NCBI GenBank assembly: GCA_902617375.1
Contig: CACMWI010000003.1
Span: forward strand, 138,092 to 202,091
Direction: 5' to 3'
DNA: 64,000 nt
From: an uncultured Alphaproteobacteria bacterium
Lineage (GTDB): Bacteria; Pseudomonadota; Alphaproteobacteria; Methylaequorales; Methylaequoraceae
How positions within the stretch are numbered: the stretch's first letter is position 1; the number at the start of each line of letters is the position of its first letter. The notes below the pieces were generated by a model. It was not told where the DNA came from, did no database searches, and saw nothing but the letters and a program-made list of their open reading frames with translations. This document shows positions 39,430-50,153 of this stretch, in pieces. A program made the translations under genes and the position numbers.

Positions 39430-40707
39430 ATGAAAGAAGAAACAATAGTTTTACATACAGGTCATCGTAGAGATGAATCAACCACATCCGTCGCCGTTCC
39501 TATTTACCAAACTACATCTTATCAATTTAATAACACTGAACATGCCGCTAAATTATTTTCACTTCAGGAGCTTGGAAATATTTACACCAGGATAATGAAC
39601 CCTACATGTGCTGTCTTAGAAGAACGAATGTCAAAACTTGATGGTGGGGTGGCTGCCATGGCAGTTAGCTCAGGTCAAGCTGCTTCAGCATTTTCAATTC
39701 AAAATATCTGTCATTCGGGAGATAATTTCGTTAGCTCCACTGATCTATATGGAGGAACATGGAATCTGTTTTCCAATACATTAAAAGAAATGGGAATTGA
39801 ATGTAGATTCGTTGACCCTGCAAAACCCGAACAATTTGAAAATGCTATTGACGACAAAACCAGGTGTATTTATGCAGAGACCTTGCCCAATCCAAAACTC
39901 AATGTTTTTCCTATTAACGAAGTCTCCAAAATTGGAAAAAAACACAATGTTCCTTTGATAATGGATAATACTGCTGCGCCATACATATGCAAACCTATAA
40001 GTCATGGAGCAAATATCGTAGTCTACTCGACAACTAAATATATTGGTGGACACGGTCTATCTATAGGAGGACTAATAGTTGATGGCGGAAACTTCGATTG
40101 GGAAGCTGCGGCTGATAGATTTCCAATGCTCAACAAACCTGATCCAAGTTATCATGGTGCCGTTTGGTCAGAAGCTGCAAAACCTCTAGGTCCAATAGCT
40201 TATATTTTAAGAGCCAGAGTTATTCTACTAAGAGACTATGGTTCAGCAATGAGTCCATTTAACGCTTTTACTTTTATTCAAGGTTTAGAAACATTACCTT
40301 TGAGAATGCAACGGCATTGTGAAAACGCCGAAAAAGTAGCAGAGTATCTGAATGGTCACAGTAAGGTTGAAAAAGTTATTTATCCCAAACTCATGTCTGG
40401 AATTCATAGAGATAGAGCAGAAAGCTATATGTCAGGCGGCTTTGGATCTTTACTAGGCTTCGAATTAAAAGATGGAGAAGACGCTGGAAAGAAATTCATA
40501 GATAATTTGAAACTTCTCTATCATGTTGCCAATATTGGAGACGCAAGATCACTCGCTATCCACCCTGCATCAACTACACACTCTCAATTATCAGATGATG
40601 AAAAATTATCATCTGGTGTTACACCAGGTTATGTAAGATTATCAATTGGAATTGAGCACATCGATGATATTATTGAGGATTTAGATCAGGCATTAAAAAA
40701 AGTCTGA
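39430..40707 (+). CDS. metY: O-acetylhomoserine aminocarboxypropyltransferase (sulfhydrylase)
   Basis: 425 aa beginning ...IVLHTGHRRDESTTSVAVPIYQTTSYQF...GNIYTRIMNPT... of the Cys/Met-metabolism PLP family. Confidence 0.9.
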   Translation: MKEETIVLHTGHRRDESTTSVAVPIYQTTSYQFNNTEHAAKLFSLQELGNIYTRIMNPTCAVLEERMSKLDGGVAAMAVSSGQAASAFSIQNICHSGDNFVSSTDLYGGTWNLFSNTLKEMGIECRFVDPAKPEQFENAIDDKTRCIYAETLPNPKLNVFPINEVSKIGKKHNVPLIMDNTAAPYICKPISHGANIVVYSTTKYIGGHGLSIGGLIVDGGNFDWEAAADRFPMLNKPDPSYHGAVWSEAAKPLGPIAYILRARVILLRDYGSAMSPFNAFTFIQGLETLPLRMQRHCENAEKVAEYLNGHSKVEKVIYPKLMSGIHRDRAESYMSGGFGSLLGFELKDGEDAGKKFIDNLKLLYHVANIGDARSLAIHPASTTHSQLSDDEKLSSGVTPGYVRLSIGIEHIDDIIEDLDQALKKV

Positions 40708-41709
40708 ATGAAAAAATTCAATAGCAGAGGTTTTCCTTTTCATAGGGGAAGAAGGCTCAGAAGTTCACGCAATTTAAGAGATCTTGTAGCGGAAACATTT
40801 CTTAAAACCGACGATTTAGTTATGCCTTACTTTATTCGTGAGGATAATGATAAAATGGATTCAAAAAATAAATTCGGATTTAAAAGATTTTCCATAAATG
40901 AATTACTTAATGAGTTAGATGAGATCGTAAAATTAGGAATAAAATCAGTGGCATTGTTTCCAAAGATTGAAGTTGAAAAAAAAACAGATGATGCAATTGA
41001 AAGCTTTAATGAAAATAACCTGATATCTAGAGCTTTGAAAAAAGTTTTGAAAGAGTTTCCAGATCTGATGATTATCTGTGATGTAGCTTTAGATCCATAT
41101 ACGGCAAGTGGTCACGACGGCATTATAAACTCTAATGGAGAGATAGATAACGATATCACAGTTCAAATTTTAGTTAAGATGTCTTTAAACCTGGCATCAT
41201 CCGGCTGTAAAATCATTGCACCAAGTGATATGATGGATGGGAGAATTAAAATTATAAGAGAAAACTTAGAAACTAATAAATTTTCCAATGTTAATATTCT
41301 TTCATATAGCTCAAAGTTTTGCTCTAACTTCTATTCCCCTTTTAGAGACGCATTAGGAAGTAAAGAAAATCTTGGAGATTCAAAAAAAGATTCCTATCAA
41401 ATTGATTTTAGAAATTCTAGAGAGGCAGTAAAAGAATCACTCGAAGATATTGAGGAAGGTGCTGATATTGTAATGGTAAAACCAGCGGGTTATTATTTAG
41501 ATATTATTAATGAAATTAAAAAAAACTGTTTGATACCTGTCGCTGCCTATCAAGTAAGTGGAGAGTATGTTATGATTAAGAATGCTTCTGACGAGAAATT
41601 TATTGACTACAGATCTTGCGTATTGGAGAGTCTTTCTTGCATTAAAAGAGCTGGAGCAGACGTAATTTTTTCATATTTTTCGAGAGAAGTTGCAGAGTGG
41701 TTAAAATAA
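40708..41709 (+). CDS. hemB: Porphobilinogen synthase (delta-aminolevulinate dehydratase)
   Basis: 333 aa ALAD family with the active-site Lys region. Confidence 0.9.
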   Translation: MKKFNSRGFPFHRGRRLRSSRNLRDLVAETFLKTDDLVMPYFIREDNDKMDSKNKFGFKRFSINELLNELDEIVKLGIKSVALFPKIEVEKKTDDAIESFNENNLISRALKKVLKEFPDLMIICDVALDPYTASGHDGIINSNGEIDNDITVQILVKMSLNLASSGCKIIAPSDMMDGRIKIIRENLETNKFSNVNILSYSSKFCSNFYSPFRDALGSKENLGDSKKDSYQIDFRNSREAVKESLEDIEEGADIVMVKPAGYYLDIINEIKKNCLIPVAAYQVSGEYVMIKNASDEKFIDYRSCVLESLSCIKRAGADVIFSYFSREVAEWLK

Positions 41710-41780
41710 TTAAATCATAATGAACTTGATTTTTAAAAATTATAAGATTAAAAAAAGATAACATAAATTAGGAGGTTATA

Positions 41781-43007
41781 ATGTCAAGAACACATCCAGG
41801 TAGATTCCACATAGCAATCCCAGGTCCTACAAATATACCTGAAAGAATTCTAAATGCTATGCATATCTCATCAGAAGATCAAAGAAACCCAGAAATTCCA
41901 AACTTAACGATCCCTTTATATAAAGACGTAAAAAAAGTTTTCAAATCCGAAAAAGGGACAGTTTTTCTATTCCCCGGATCAGGAACAGGAGCATGGGAAT
42001 CAGCAATTATTAATACCATGTCACCAAATGAAAAAGTTCTAATTTATAGATATGGACAGTTTAGTCACTTATGGGCAGATATGTTCAAAAGACTTGGATT
42101 AGATGCAGAGGTTGTTGAAAGAGAATGGGGAACAGGAACACCTCCTGAAGAGGTGGAAAAGACGCTTAAAAATGATACTGATCACAAAATTAAGGTTGTT
42201 TGTGTGACACAAAACGAAACTGCTACTGGAGTCACATCAAATGTTGAAGATGTGAGGAAGGCTATGGATGCAGCAAATCACCCTGCACTTTTGTTTGTTG
42301 ATGGTGTTAGTTCGATTGCATCTATTGACTTTAAAATGGATGAGTGGAAAGTAGATTGCGCTATTTCAGGCTCACAAAAGGGTTTTATGTTACCTTCAGG
42401 AATGGCTATAATGTGCGTAAGTCCCAAAGCGCTTGAAGCTCATAAAAAAGCTGAGCTTAAAAGATGTTACTACTCTTGGGAAGATCAGATTGCAACTAAT
42501 AAAGACGGGTATTTCCCTTACACTCCTCAAATACCAATGTTAAGGGCTTTACAGGAGTCATGTAACATGATTTTTGAAGAGGGTCTTGAAAACGTATTCA
42601 AGAGACATCACAGAATTGCTGAAGGAGTAAGAAAAGCTATTCTTGAAGGATGGGAATTAAAACTATGCGCTAAAGATCCATATTGGTATTCCGATACTGT
42701 ATCAGCAATAGTAGTTCCAGAAGATAAAGACGCAAAACAAGTGCTTTCAACAGCTTTTAATAAATATCATCTTTCACTTGGTGCTGGACTTACAGAAGTA
42801 GCTGGCAAGGTCTTCAGAATAGGCCATCTTGGTGATTTAAACGAACTTCAAGCTTCAGCCTTTATTAATGGCGCTGAAATGGCAATGATTGATTCAGGTA
42901 TTAATGTAAAACCTGGAAGTGGTATTGCTGCTGCTTCTGAATATTGGAGAAAGGCTTTAGAAAATGACGCAAAAGTTCAAAGTATTAGTAACAAGGAAGT
43001 GGCCTAG
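41781..43007 (+). CDS. Serine--glyoxylate / alanine--glyoxylate aminotransferase (class V)
   Basis: 408 aa AGXT family with an RBS (taggaggt) about 8 nt upstream. Confidence 0.8.
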   Translation: MSRTHPGRFHIAIPGPTNIPERILNAMHISSEDQRNPEIPNLTIPLYKDVKKVFKSEKGTVFLFPGSGTGAWESAIINTMSPNEKVLIYRYGQFSHLWADMFKRLGLDAEVVEREWGTGTPPEEVEKTLKNDTDHKIKVVCVTQNETATGVTSNVEDVRKAMDAANHPALLFVDGVSSIASIDFKMDEWKVDCAISGSQKGFMLPSGMAIMCVSPKALEAHKKAELKRCYYSWEDQIATNKDGYFPYTPQIPMLRALQESCNMIFEEGLENVFKRHHRIAEGVRKAILEGWELKLCAKDPYWYSDTVSAIVVPEDKDAKQVLSTAFNKYHLSLGAGLTEVAGKVFRIGHLGDLNELQASAFINGAEMAMIDSGINVKPGSGIAAASEYWRKALENDAKVQSISNKEVA

Positions 43008-43938
43008 TACTGTAGAAAAAAAGCTAGATGAAAGTTTTGATGTCACTCTAAACGAAAGTGACATTCCAATGACAGAGGAACAGCTACTCGAAGCTATGAA
43101 TAGCTATGATGCTGTTCTTCCAACTGTTACTGACAGTATTTCAAGTAAAATTATTTCATCAGATAAGAGAAAGGCTAAAATAATTGGAAATTTTGGTGTT
43201 GGTTTCAATAATATTGATATTGAATCAGCTAAAAGTAACGGAGTTGTTGTTACAAATACTCCAGAAGTACTTACCGATTGTACAGCAGATATTGCAATGC
43301 TTCTTCTTCTTGGAGTTTCCAGAAGAGCCTCAGAGGGAGAATTTCACGTCAGAAAAAAAGAATGGTCGGGTTGGCGACCAACTCACATGATGGGAACAAA
43401 AGTAACAGGAAAAACTCTTGGTCTTGTTGGAATGGGGAGAATAGCTCAGGCGGTTGCGCATAAAGCACATTTTGGGTTTAATATGAAAATACTTTTTTTT
43501 GACCCATATTTTAATAATAATGACATTATTAAAAAATTTAATGCTTTACCTTGCAAAACAATTGACGATCTACTCAAAGATTCCGATTTTGTTTCTTTGC
43601 ACTGCCCATCAACTAGTGAGACTAAAGGACTAATGAATATTAAAACTTTATCAAAGATGAAAAAGTCTAGCTATCTTATAAATACAGCAAGAGGCGATGT
43701 TGTTGTTGAAAATGATTTAGTTCAAGCATTAGAAAGCGATCTCATTAAGGGAGCAGGTCTGGACGTTTTTGAAGGTGAACCAAATGTAAACCCAAAGCTT
43801 TTAAAATTTAAAAACGTTTTTTTACTTCCACACCTTGGAAGCGCTACTGAGGAAACTAGAGAAGCTATGGGTATGCGAGTATTTTCAAATATAATTGATT
43901 TTTTTGAAGGCAAGGAGCCCACGGACAGAGTGGTATAA
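42964..43938 (+). CDS. D-isomer-specific 2-hydroxyacid dehydrogenase (glyoxylate/hydroxypyruvate reductase, glycerate dehydrogenase)
   Basis: 324 aa with a Rossmann GLVGMGRIAQAVA. It overlaps the upstream gene by 44 nt. Confidence 0.8.
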   Translation: MTQKFKVLVTRKWPSTVEKKLDESFDVTLNESDIPMTEEQLLEAMNSYDAVLPTVTDSISSKIISSDKRKAKIIGNFGVGFNNIDIESAKSNGVVVTNTPEVLTDCTADIAMLLLLGVSRRASEGEFHVRKKEWSGWRPTHMMGTKVTGKTLGLVGMGRIAQAVAHKAHFGFNMKILFFDPYFNNNDIIKKFNALPCKTIDDLLKDSDFVSLHCPSTSETKGLMNIKTLSKMKKSSYLINTARGDVVVENDLVQALESDLIKGAGLDVFEGEPNVNPKLLKFKNVFLLPHLGSATEETREAMGMRVFSNIIDFFEGKEPTDRVV

Positions 43939-43944
43939 TCCATA

Positions 43945-45294
43945 ATGAGTTTACATAGAGTTGAAAATAGCTCTGAAAATTTGTTAATGAGTTTATTTAA
44001 TCATGGTGTATCAAACGTTCAACCCAGAAACATTTTAAAAAACTTCATTAAAGCTTACAAAACAAAAATTATTATAAGCAACAACGGCTATTCAAAAACT
44101 TATAATAACTTTAAGAATATTCTTCCAATTTGTGTAGGTAAAGCTTCAGTTGACATGGGTAACACCGCATTATCTTTACTTAAGAATTTTGAGAACAAAA
44201 TATCTGAGGGTGTTATAGTTGTAAACAAGGAAAACTTTAAAAAAGTGAAAGGTTTTAAATGTTTTTCTTCTGGGCACCCTGTTCCTGATAAAAATGGTTT
44301 ACTTGCATCTCTACACATAGAAAAAAAACTTCATTCGCTTTCTGAAAAGGATCTTGTTTTGTTTTTTTTATCTGGGGGTGGGTCTGCTTTATTACCCTAC
44401 CCATCTGCAAATATTAAAATTGAACAGAAGGTAATTTTAAATCGTAAATTATTAAACTCAGGTGCAGACATCAAGGAAATTAATACAGTGCGGAAACATC
44501 TTTCAAAAATCAAGGGTGGCAATCTATTGAAAATGTCATTTCCAGCAAAAGTCCATAGTTTTATATTGTCTGATGTAATAGGAGATGATTTAAGTTCGAT
44601 ATCGAGTGGACCAACAGTTCCTGATGAAACGTCTTTTAATGATGTAAAAAAAATTCTTAAAAAATACAATTTATGGAATGATATTCACAAATCAATAAAA
44701 GCGCATATTGAATTAGGAATATTCGATAAAAGTTTAGAAACCCCTGACAAAACAAATAAAGTTTTCTTAAATGTTGAAAACACACTAATAGGGAGTAATA
44801 ATTTATGTTTAAAAAGCATCGATTCTTTATGTAAAAAGAAAGACATCAATTCAAAAATCTGGAAAACTAATATTGAAGGAGACGTTCAAGTTCTCGCTAA
44901 AAATTTTGTTAAAGATCTTAAAAAAAAGAATTATAAAAAGCCAATAATATTAATTTCTGGTGGAGAAAGCACAGTTAAAATTAAAGGAAAAGGAAAAGGT
45001 GGAAGAAATCAAGAATTTGCTTTGCACTTCATAAAAAATATAAGAAAGTCTCTCTCTAATCTAAAATTTACACTTTTATCAGCTGGAACAGACGGAAGAG
45101 ACGGGCCAACAAATGCTGCTGGAGCAATTGTGAATAATAAGAGTTTCGATTTAATTGAAAGTAAAAACATAAATCTAAATAAGGAATTAGAAAACAATAA
45201 CTCATATCAGGTATTGAAAAAAATAAATTCGCTTGTAATAATTAATGGAACAAACACAAACGTAGCTGACATTCAGTTACTGATGATAAATTAA
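43945..45294 (+). CDS. Glycerate 2-kinase (MOFRL family)
   Basis: 449 aa MOFRL family (...LSGGGSALL...ISGGESTVKIKGKGKGGRNQEFAL...LSAGTDGRDGPT...). Confidence 0.8.
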   Translation: MSLHRVENSSENLLMSLFNHGVSNVQPRNILKNFIKAYKTKIIISNNGYSKTYNNFKNILPICVGKASVDMGNTALSLLKNFENKISEGVIVVNKENFKKVKGFKCFSSGHPVPDKNGLLASLHIEKKLHSLSEKDLVLFFLSGGGSALLPYPSANIKIEQKVILNRKLLNSGADIKEINTVRKHLSKIKGGNLLKMSFPAKVHSFILSDVIGDDLSSISSGPTVPDETSFNDVKKILKKYNLWNDIHKSIKAHIELGIFDKSLETPDKTNKVFLNVENTLIGSNNLCLKSIDSLCKKKDINSKIWKTNIEGDVQVLAKNFVKDLKKKNYKKPIILISGGESTVKIKGKGKGGRNQEFALHFIKNIRKSLSNLKFTLLSAGTDGRDGPTNAAGAIVNNKSFDLIESKNINLNKELENNNSYQVLKKINSLVIINGTNTNVADIQLLMIN

Positions 45295-46011
45295 ATGGGT
45301 ACATTAAAGAAAAATGAATTAATATTAAAAAGCTCAACAGAGTTTCCTTGTTCATATATCAAAGGAAAATCAGAAAAAAGAATTTTTGTAAATATTCCAA
45401 AAAATAAATCTGGAAACGAAGTAATTTCAAAACTTACACAAAAGGGATTTCGAAGAAATTATGATCACATGTATATCCCATCGTGCAAAAATTGCATATC
45501 CTGCGTTTCATTAAGATTAAATATTACTAAATTTGTCTATTCCAAAAGTAATAAAAGAAATCTAAAAACCAATTCTGATCTATCATTAGTTGAAAATAAA
45601 TGTTTTTCAGAGAAAAGATTTAAATTATTTAAACAATATTGTAGAGTTAGACATCCAGATGGTCAAATGAGATATATGACACAGTCTGATTTTATTAATT
45701 TTTTTCATAAATCTAAAAATAAAGTAAAAATATTTGACTTAATTAATTTTAATAAAAAGCTTTATGGCTCAATCTTGCTAGACGTCTTAGATGACGGATA
45801 TTCTGCTGTTTATAGTTTCTTTGATCCATATTCACACAAAAGAGGTTTGGGTAAAAACTTAATCTTAAAAACAATTCAAAAACTTAAAGAAAAAAAAAAG
45901 AGTCACCTTTACCTCGGATATTGGGTAAGAGAATCAAAAAATATGAACTATAAATCATCATTTAATAATGTTGAATATTTCATAAATGGTGAATGGACAG
46001 AAAATCTATAA
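45295..46011 (+). CDS. bpt: Aspartate/glutamate leucyltransferase (arginyltransferase-family, N-end rule)
   Basis: 238 aa with ATE_N-like Cys cluster (YIPSCKNCISCVSLRL) and ATE_C-like YLGYW. Confidence 0.7.
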   Translation: MGTLKKNELILKSSTEFPCSYIKGKSEKRIFVNIPKNKSGNEVISKLTQKGFRRNYDHMYIPSCKNCISCVSLRLNITKFVYSKSNKRNLKTNSDLSLVENKCFSEKRFKLFKQYCRVRHPDGQMRYMTQSDFINFFHKSKNKVKIFDLINFNKKLYGSILLDVLDDGYSAVYSFFDPYSHKRGLGKNLILKTIQKLKEKKKSHLYLGYWVRESKNMNYKSSFNNVEYFINGEWTENL

Positions 46012-46710
46012 ATCCTCCAGTTGATTAATTATTTGATTCCTAAAAATAAATTTGAATTTTTTATTTTCCAAGATTTTAAGAAAAAAATATCCTGTTATTT
46101 TTAATGCCTCTTTATAATCATTATATTTATTTTGTTTAAAGTTTTCTTTCATACATTTTGGAATTTTAAATAGACTTTTAGCATATTTTTTTCCCACTTC
46201 GAAATTAACTGCATTACCAGTTTTTGGAGAAATAAAATAAGTATTATTAAATTCTCCAGTAACACAGCATTTATTAATATTGAGCCCATAACCAAGATGC
46301 TTTAAAAAATTTATTTCCCACTTTACATATTTACCAATTAAATAAGAATTATTTTCAAACTTTAAAAGAGTCAAATTTTTGATTTCTTTATAAATAGAAG
46401 TATTTTGTTCCCACAAAGGTAAGAATTTTATACAAAGTTCCGAAGCTGAGGCTTTAATAATTGTATAAAAATAGTTAGTAGATAAATTATAATTTTGTTG
46501 TTCATAATTTAAATATCCAAGTGAATTTTGATTTCTTGAACTCCACGTAAATTCAACTTTATCAAGATTAATTAAATTAATATTTTTGTTTTTAAAAGAC
46601 TTTGAAAGACCCTTTATCAAACCATAATCTTTCGAAAGGATATATAAGATTTTAGATTTCTCTCCAAAATTTTTTGAATATAAGAAAAAACCTTCGTCGT
46701 GTATTTTCAT
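46006..46710 (-). CDS. recO: DNA repair protein RecO
   Basis: 234 aa placed in the conserved era-recO context. Confidence 0.75.
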   Translation of the reverse strand: MKIHDEGFFLYSKNFGEKSKILYILSKDYGLIKGLSKSFKNKNINLINLDKVEFTWSSRNQNSLGYLNYEQQNYNLSTNYFYTIIKASASELCIKFLPLWEQNTSIYKEIKNLTLLKFENNSYLIGKYVKWEINFLKHLGYGLNINKCCVTGEFNNTYFISPKTGNAVNFEVGKKYAKSLFKIPKCMKENFKQNKYNDYKEALKITGYFFLKILENKKFKFIFRNQIINQLEDL

Positions 46711-46720
46711 TATTAAATTC

Positions 46721-47557
46721 TCATTTTTTAACTGTTAAATCCAAAAATACCTTTTTTTTTAAAATTTTTTCAATGTCGATTCTTGACCTTGTTCCGATCA
46801 TCTTAATTTTTTCTCCGTTTTTTCCTATAATTATTGATTTTTGAGAGTCTTTATTTACAAATATTTCTTGATAAACCTTTGTAATTTTTTCTTCATTTTT
46901 AATTTTGGTTTTAATTTTAACTAAATATGGTATTTCCTTATTTACAAGATTAAATATCTTTTCTCTTGTAATTTCAGAAATTCTATAATTTATGCTTTTA
47001 TTTACTTGTATTTTTCCATTATACTTCCAATTCCTTTCAGGAATCTGATCAATTAGATTGTTCAATAAAAACTTCAGACCTTTTCTTCTTTTTGAAGAAA
47101 TCATAAAAGTTTTTAAAAAATTTATTTGCGAATTTAGAATTTCAGAATATTTAAGTATTCTATCTTTTGAAACAAGATCTATCTTATTTAAGACCAAATA
47201 ATTTTTTTTGAAATTTTTAATAATAGTGTTTATTTCACTTATCGACTTTTTATCAATTTTTTTTGAAAGATCGTAAATAAAAAGATTTAAATCTACTTTT
47301 TCTTCCTCATCCTGAATTGAACGTGAAAGACTTTTTGTTTTATACTTTCTATTTTGAATTATACCTGGTGTGTCTGTAAATATTAGTTGACAGTGATTTA
47401 TATTAATCACTCCAGAAATTTTTTCTTTTGTAGTTTGAACCTTGTGGCTGACAATTGATATTTTATTATTTAAAATATTATTCAATAGTGTTGATTTTCC
47501 TGCATTTGGAAATCCAGTTAATAAAATAAATCCACACTTATATTTTTTTATTTTCAA
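46721..47557 (-). CDS. era: GTPase Era
   Basis: 278 aa with a G1 P-loop (GFPNAGKST), DTPG and a KH C-terminus. Confidence 0.9.
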   Translation of the reverse strand: MKIKKYKCGFILLTGFPNAGKSTLLNNILNNKISIVSHKVQTTKEKISGVININHCQLIFTDTPGIIQNRKYKTKSLSRSIQDEEEKVDLNLFIYDLSKKIDKKSISEINTIIKNFKKNYLVLNKIDLVSKDRILKYSEILNSQINFLKTFMISSKRRKGLKFLLNNLIDQIPERNWKYNGKIQVNKSINYRISEITREKIFNLVNKEIPYLVKIKTKIKNEEKITKVYQEIFVNKDSQKSIIIGKNGEKIKMIGTRSRIDIEKILKKKVFLDLTVKK

Positions 47558-48206
47558 TTTTTTTTAAAAGTAATTTAGCGGCATTAATTTCTGCATCTTG
47601 TTTATTTTTACCTTCTCCAATAACAATTAAATCATTACTGTGATTTACACTTATTTTAAAAATTGGTTCATGTTCAGGACCAGTTTTACTTACAAAATTA
47701 TATTCAGGAAGTTTATTGTTTTTTTTTAAGCACAATTCTTGTAATCTAGATTTTGGATCATATTTTGACAAATCAATATTCTTTATTTCTTCTTTCCAAA
47801 GATTTACAACAACGGTTTGTACTGTTTCAAAATCTGAGTCCAAAAAAATTGCAGCGACTAGGGCCTCAAGTGAATTTGCTTTTATTGAGTCAATTGATTT
47901 AATTTTTATATCATTTGAAACTTTTATATAACGGTGAAGTTGAATCAGACTTGCTATTTTTATAAGAGTTCTTTTACACACCAAGAAGGAATGTTTTTTT
48001 GCAAGTTCACCTTCAGAGTCTTTTTTAAAATTTTTATAAAGATTAATAGATATAATTAATCCTAAGATCCTATCACCTAGAAACTCTAACTTTTCATAGT
48101 TTTTTTTATTTTTATCAAAACTTGAATGTGTCAAAGATGTTTCTAAAAGTTCAAAATCTTTAAAACTATATCTTATATCATTAAAAAGTTTGGAATACTT
48201 GTTCAT
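47538..48206 (-). CDS. rnc: Ribonuclease III
   Basis: 222 aa with the RNase III signature ...LEFLGDRILGL... and a dsRBD. Confidence 0.9.
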   Translation of the reverse strand: MNKYSKLFNDIRYSFKDFELLETSLTHSSFDKNKKNYEKLEFLGDRILGLIISINLYKNFKKDSEGELAKKHSFLVCKRTLIKIASLIQLHRYIKVSNDIKIKSIDSIKANSLEALVAAIFLDSDFETVQTVVVNLWKEEIKNIDLSKYDPKSRLQELCLKKNNKLPEYNFVSKTGPEHEPIFKISVNHSNDLIVIGEGKNKQDAEINAAKLLLKKIENKKI

Positions 48207-48964
48207 TCTTTTTTTTTAGGAACCAAACTAACAAAAAATCTATCTTTTCTTAGGGCAGGATACCAAGTCCAGAATTTCAAAAAACTTCCTATTTCAGTAT
48301 CAAATGAAACAGCCACAACTTCAGCTCTACCCACTAAGTTCTCTCTTGGAATTAATCCAATAAATCTACTATCTTGTGAATTATCTCGATTATCTCCAAG
48401 AACAAAAAAATGATCTATAGGAATTTTAATTTTGTCAAAGTTGTTAGTATTTAAACCCTCAAGCACTTTTTCAAATTCATAGACTTCATATGTTAACTTG
48501 TTAGGTAATGTCTCCATAATTTTTGAAACATTAAAAGATTTGTATTTTTCAACATTTTTTTTTGTTACACTTATTTCTTTGTTGTTGATTATTAATATAT
48601 TATCCTTCATTTCTAACACATCGCCCGGGAGACCAACAACGCGTTTTATGTAGTCAGTTCTATTATCCTCGGGTGTTTTAAAAACAACAATTTCACCTCT
48701 TTCTGGCTCTTTGGAAAACAACCTGCCTGGAATAATAGGTATACTTAATGGAAGAGAATGTTTTGAAAAACCGTATGAAAACTTAGATACAAATAGATAA
48801 TCTCCAACTTTTAGATTTGGATACATAGATCCAGAGGGAATGCTAAAAGGCTCATAAAGGAAACTTCTAATTAATAGAGCAGCAATGATTGCATATAAAA
48901 GTGAGATCAAGTTTTTCTTAAAATTACCATCTTTTTTTTTTTCTTTAAAAAAAGTATTTTTCAT
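48203..48964 (-). CDS. lepB: Signal peptidase I
   Basis: 253 aa with the S26 boxes SGSMYPNL, ...RGE...FK.., GDNRDNSQDSR. Confidence 0.9.
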   Translation of the reverse strand: MKNTFFKEKKKDGNFKKNLISLLYAIIAALLIRSFLYEPFSIPSGSMYPNLKVGDYLFVSKFSYGFSKHSLPLSIPIIPGRLFSKEPERGEIVVFKTPEDNRTDYIKRVVGLPGDVLEMKDNILIINNKEISVTKKNVEKYKSFNVSKIMETLPNKLTYEVYEFEKVLEGLNTNNFDKIKIPIDHFFVLGDNRDNSQDSRFIGLIPRENLVGRAEVVAVSFDTEIGSFLKFWTWYPALRKDRFFVSLVPKKKE

Positions 48965-48988
48965 ATTTGAATTTTATTACAAAAATAT

Positions 48989-49723
48989 TCAAATGCTAGG
49001 ATGATTTATAATTTTCATGAATTTCTTTATTGTCATATCCAAACCATCCATTATAGCATTGGAAATTAAAAAATGTCCTACGTTGAGTTCTATAATATTC
49101 GGTATTTTTGAAATTTCCTCCACGTTATCGAAGTTTAATCCATGTCCAGCATGACAATCTATTCCAATCTCTAGACAATGCTCTGCTGCTTGCTTAATTC
49201 TATTTAATTCTAAATGATGATTTTTTTTATTGAAATTAATAGCAAATTTGCCTGTATGAATTTCAATTACTTTTACTCCAAGCCTTGCGACTGCATCAAT
49301 CTGCTCTATGTCAGGATCTACAAAAAATGACAACTTTATATCTTTGTCTTTAAATCCAGATACAAATTCGCCAAGATAATCTAACTGATTTTTAACATCC
49401 AACCCTCCTTCAGTTGTAAGTTCTTCTCTTCTTTCAGGAACAATACAGCAGGAAAAAGGATTTGTTTTAAAACAAATGTTTTTCATTTCATCAGTAGCTG
49501 CCATCTCTAAATTTAGAGGGAGATAATTTCTGTTTTTTAGTTCTTCAACATCTTTATCGTTTATGTGTCTTCTGTCTTCTCTTAAGTGGACTGTGATCAA
49601 GTCAACATTACAGTCCCTTAAAATATTAGCGACTTTTAATAAATCAGGAAAATTTTCATTTCTTGCATTTCTTAGAGTTGCCACATGATCTATATTAACT
49701 CCCAATCTTATTTTTTTTTTCAT
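48989..49723 (-). CDS. pdxJ: Pyridoxine 5'-phosphate synthase
   Basis: Start trimmed to MKKKIRLGVNIDHVATLRNAR; the track ORF runs to 49786. Confidence 0.9.
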   Translation of the reverse strand: MKKKIRLGVNIDHVATLRNARNENFPDLLKVANILRDCNVDLITVHLREDRRHINDKDVEELKNRNYLPLNLEMAATDEMKNICFKTNPFSCCIVPERREELTTEGGLDVKNQLDYLGEFVSGFKDKDIKLSFFVDPDIEQIDAVARLGVKVIEIHTGKFAINFNKKNHHLELNRIKQAAEHCLEIGIDCHAGHGLNFDNVEEISKIPNIIELNVGHFLISNAIMDGLDMTIKKFMKIINHPSI

Positions 49724-50144
49724 AAAATCTTTTTTCCAAATAAAATTTACTAATTCTATAAGTAATAAACCAGGTTGTAATTGCAATAGGTAAACTACCT
49801 AGCAAAGTAGGAAAAAATAATTCACTAAAATTTTCTATTAAGAAACCTATTTTAAACTCGTAATACTCAAGTGGAGAGTAAACAAAATTTACACCCAATT
49901 TATAGGCAACGTAAAAAAAGATAGGAAAAGTCCATGGATTTCCAATTACTGAACCAACAGTAGCAGCTATCAAATTGCCACGCATTGCAAGTGTACCTAG
50001 GTAGCAAATTATCAAATGAAAGCCCAACAAGGGTGTAAACGATATTGCTACACCCCATGCTAAACCAATCGCCACTGATTCAGGAAAATCTCTGATTCTA
50101 TAAATCTTCATTTTAATATTTCTAAAATATTTAGAAAATTGCAT
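49695..50144 (-). CDS. DUF2062-like small membrane protein
   Basis: 149 aa with four predicted TM segments, upstream of pdxJ. Confidence 0.45.
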   Translation of the reverse strand: MQFSKYFRNIKMKIYRIRDFPESVAIGLAWGVAISFTPLLGFHLIICYLGTLAMRGNLIAATVGSVIGNPWTFPIFFYVAYKLGVNFVYSPLEYYEFKIGFLIENFSELFFPTLLGSLPIAITTWFITYRISKFYLEKRFYEKKNKIGS

Positions 50145-50153
50145 TAAATCCTC

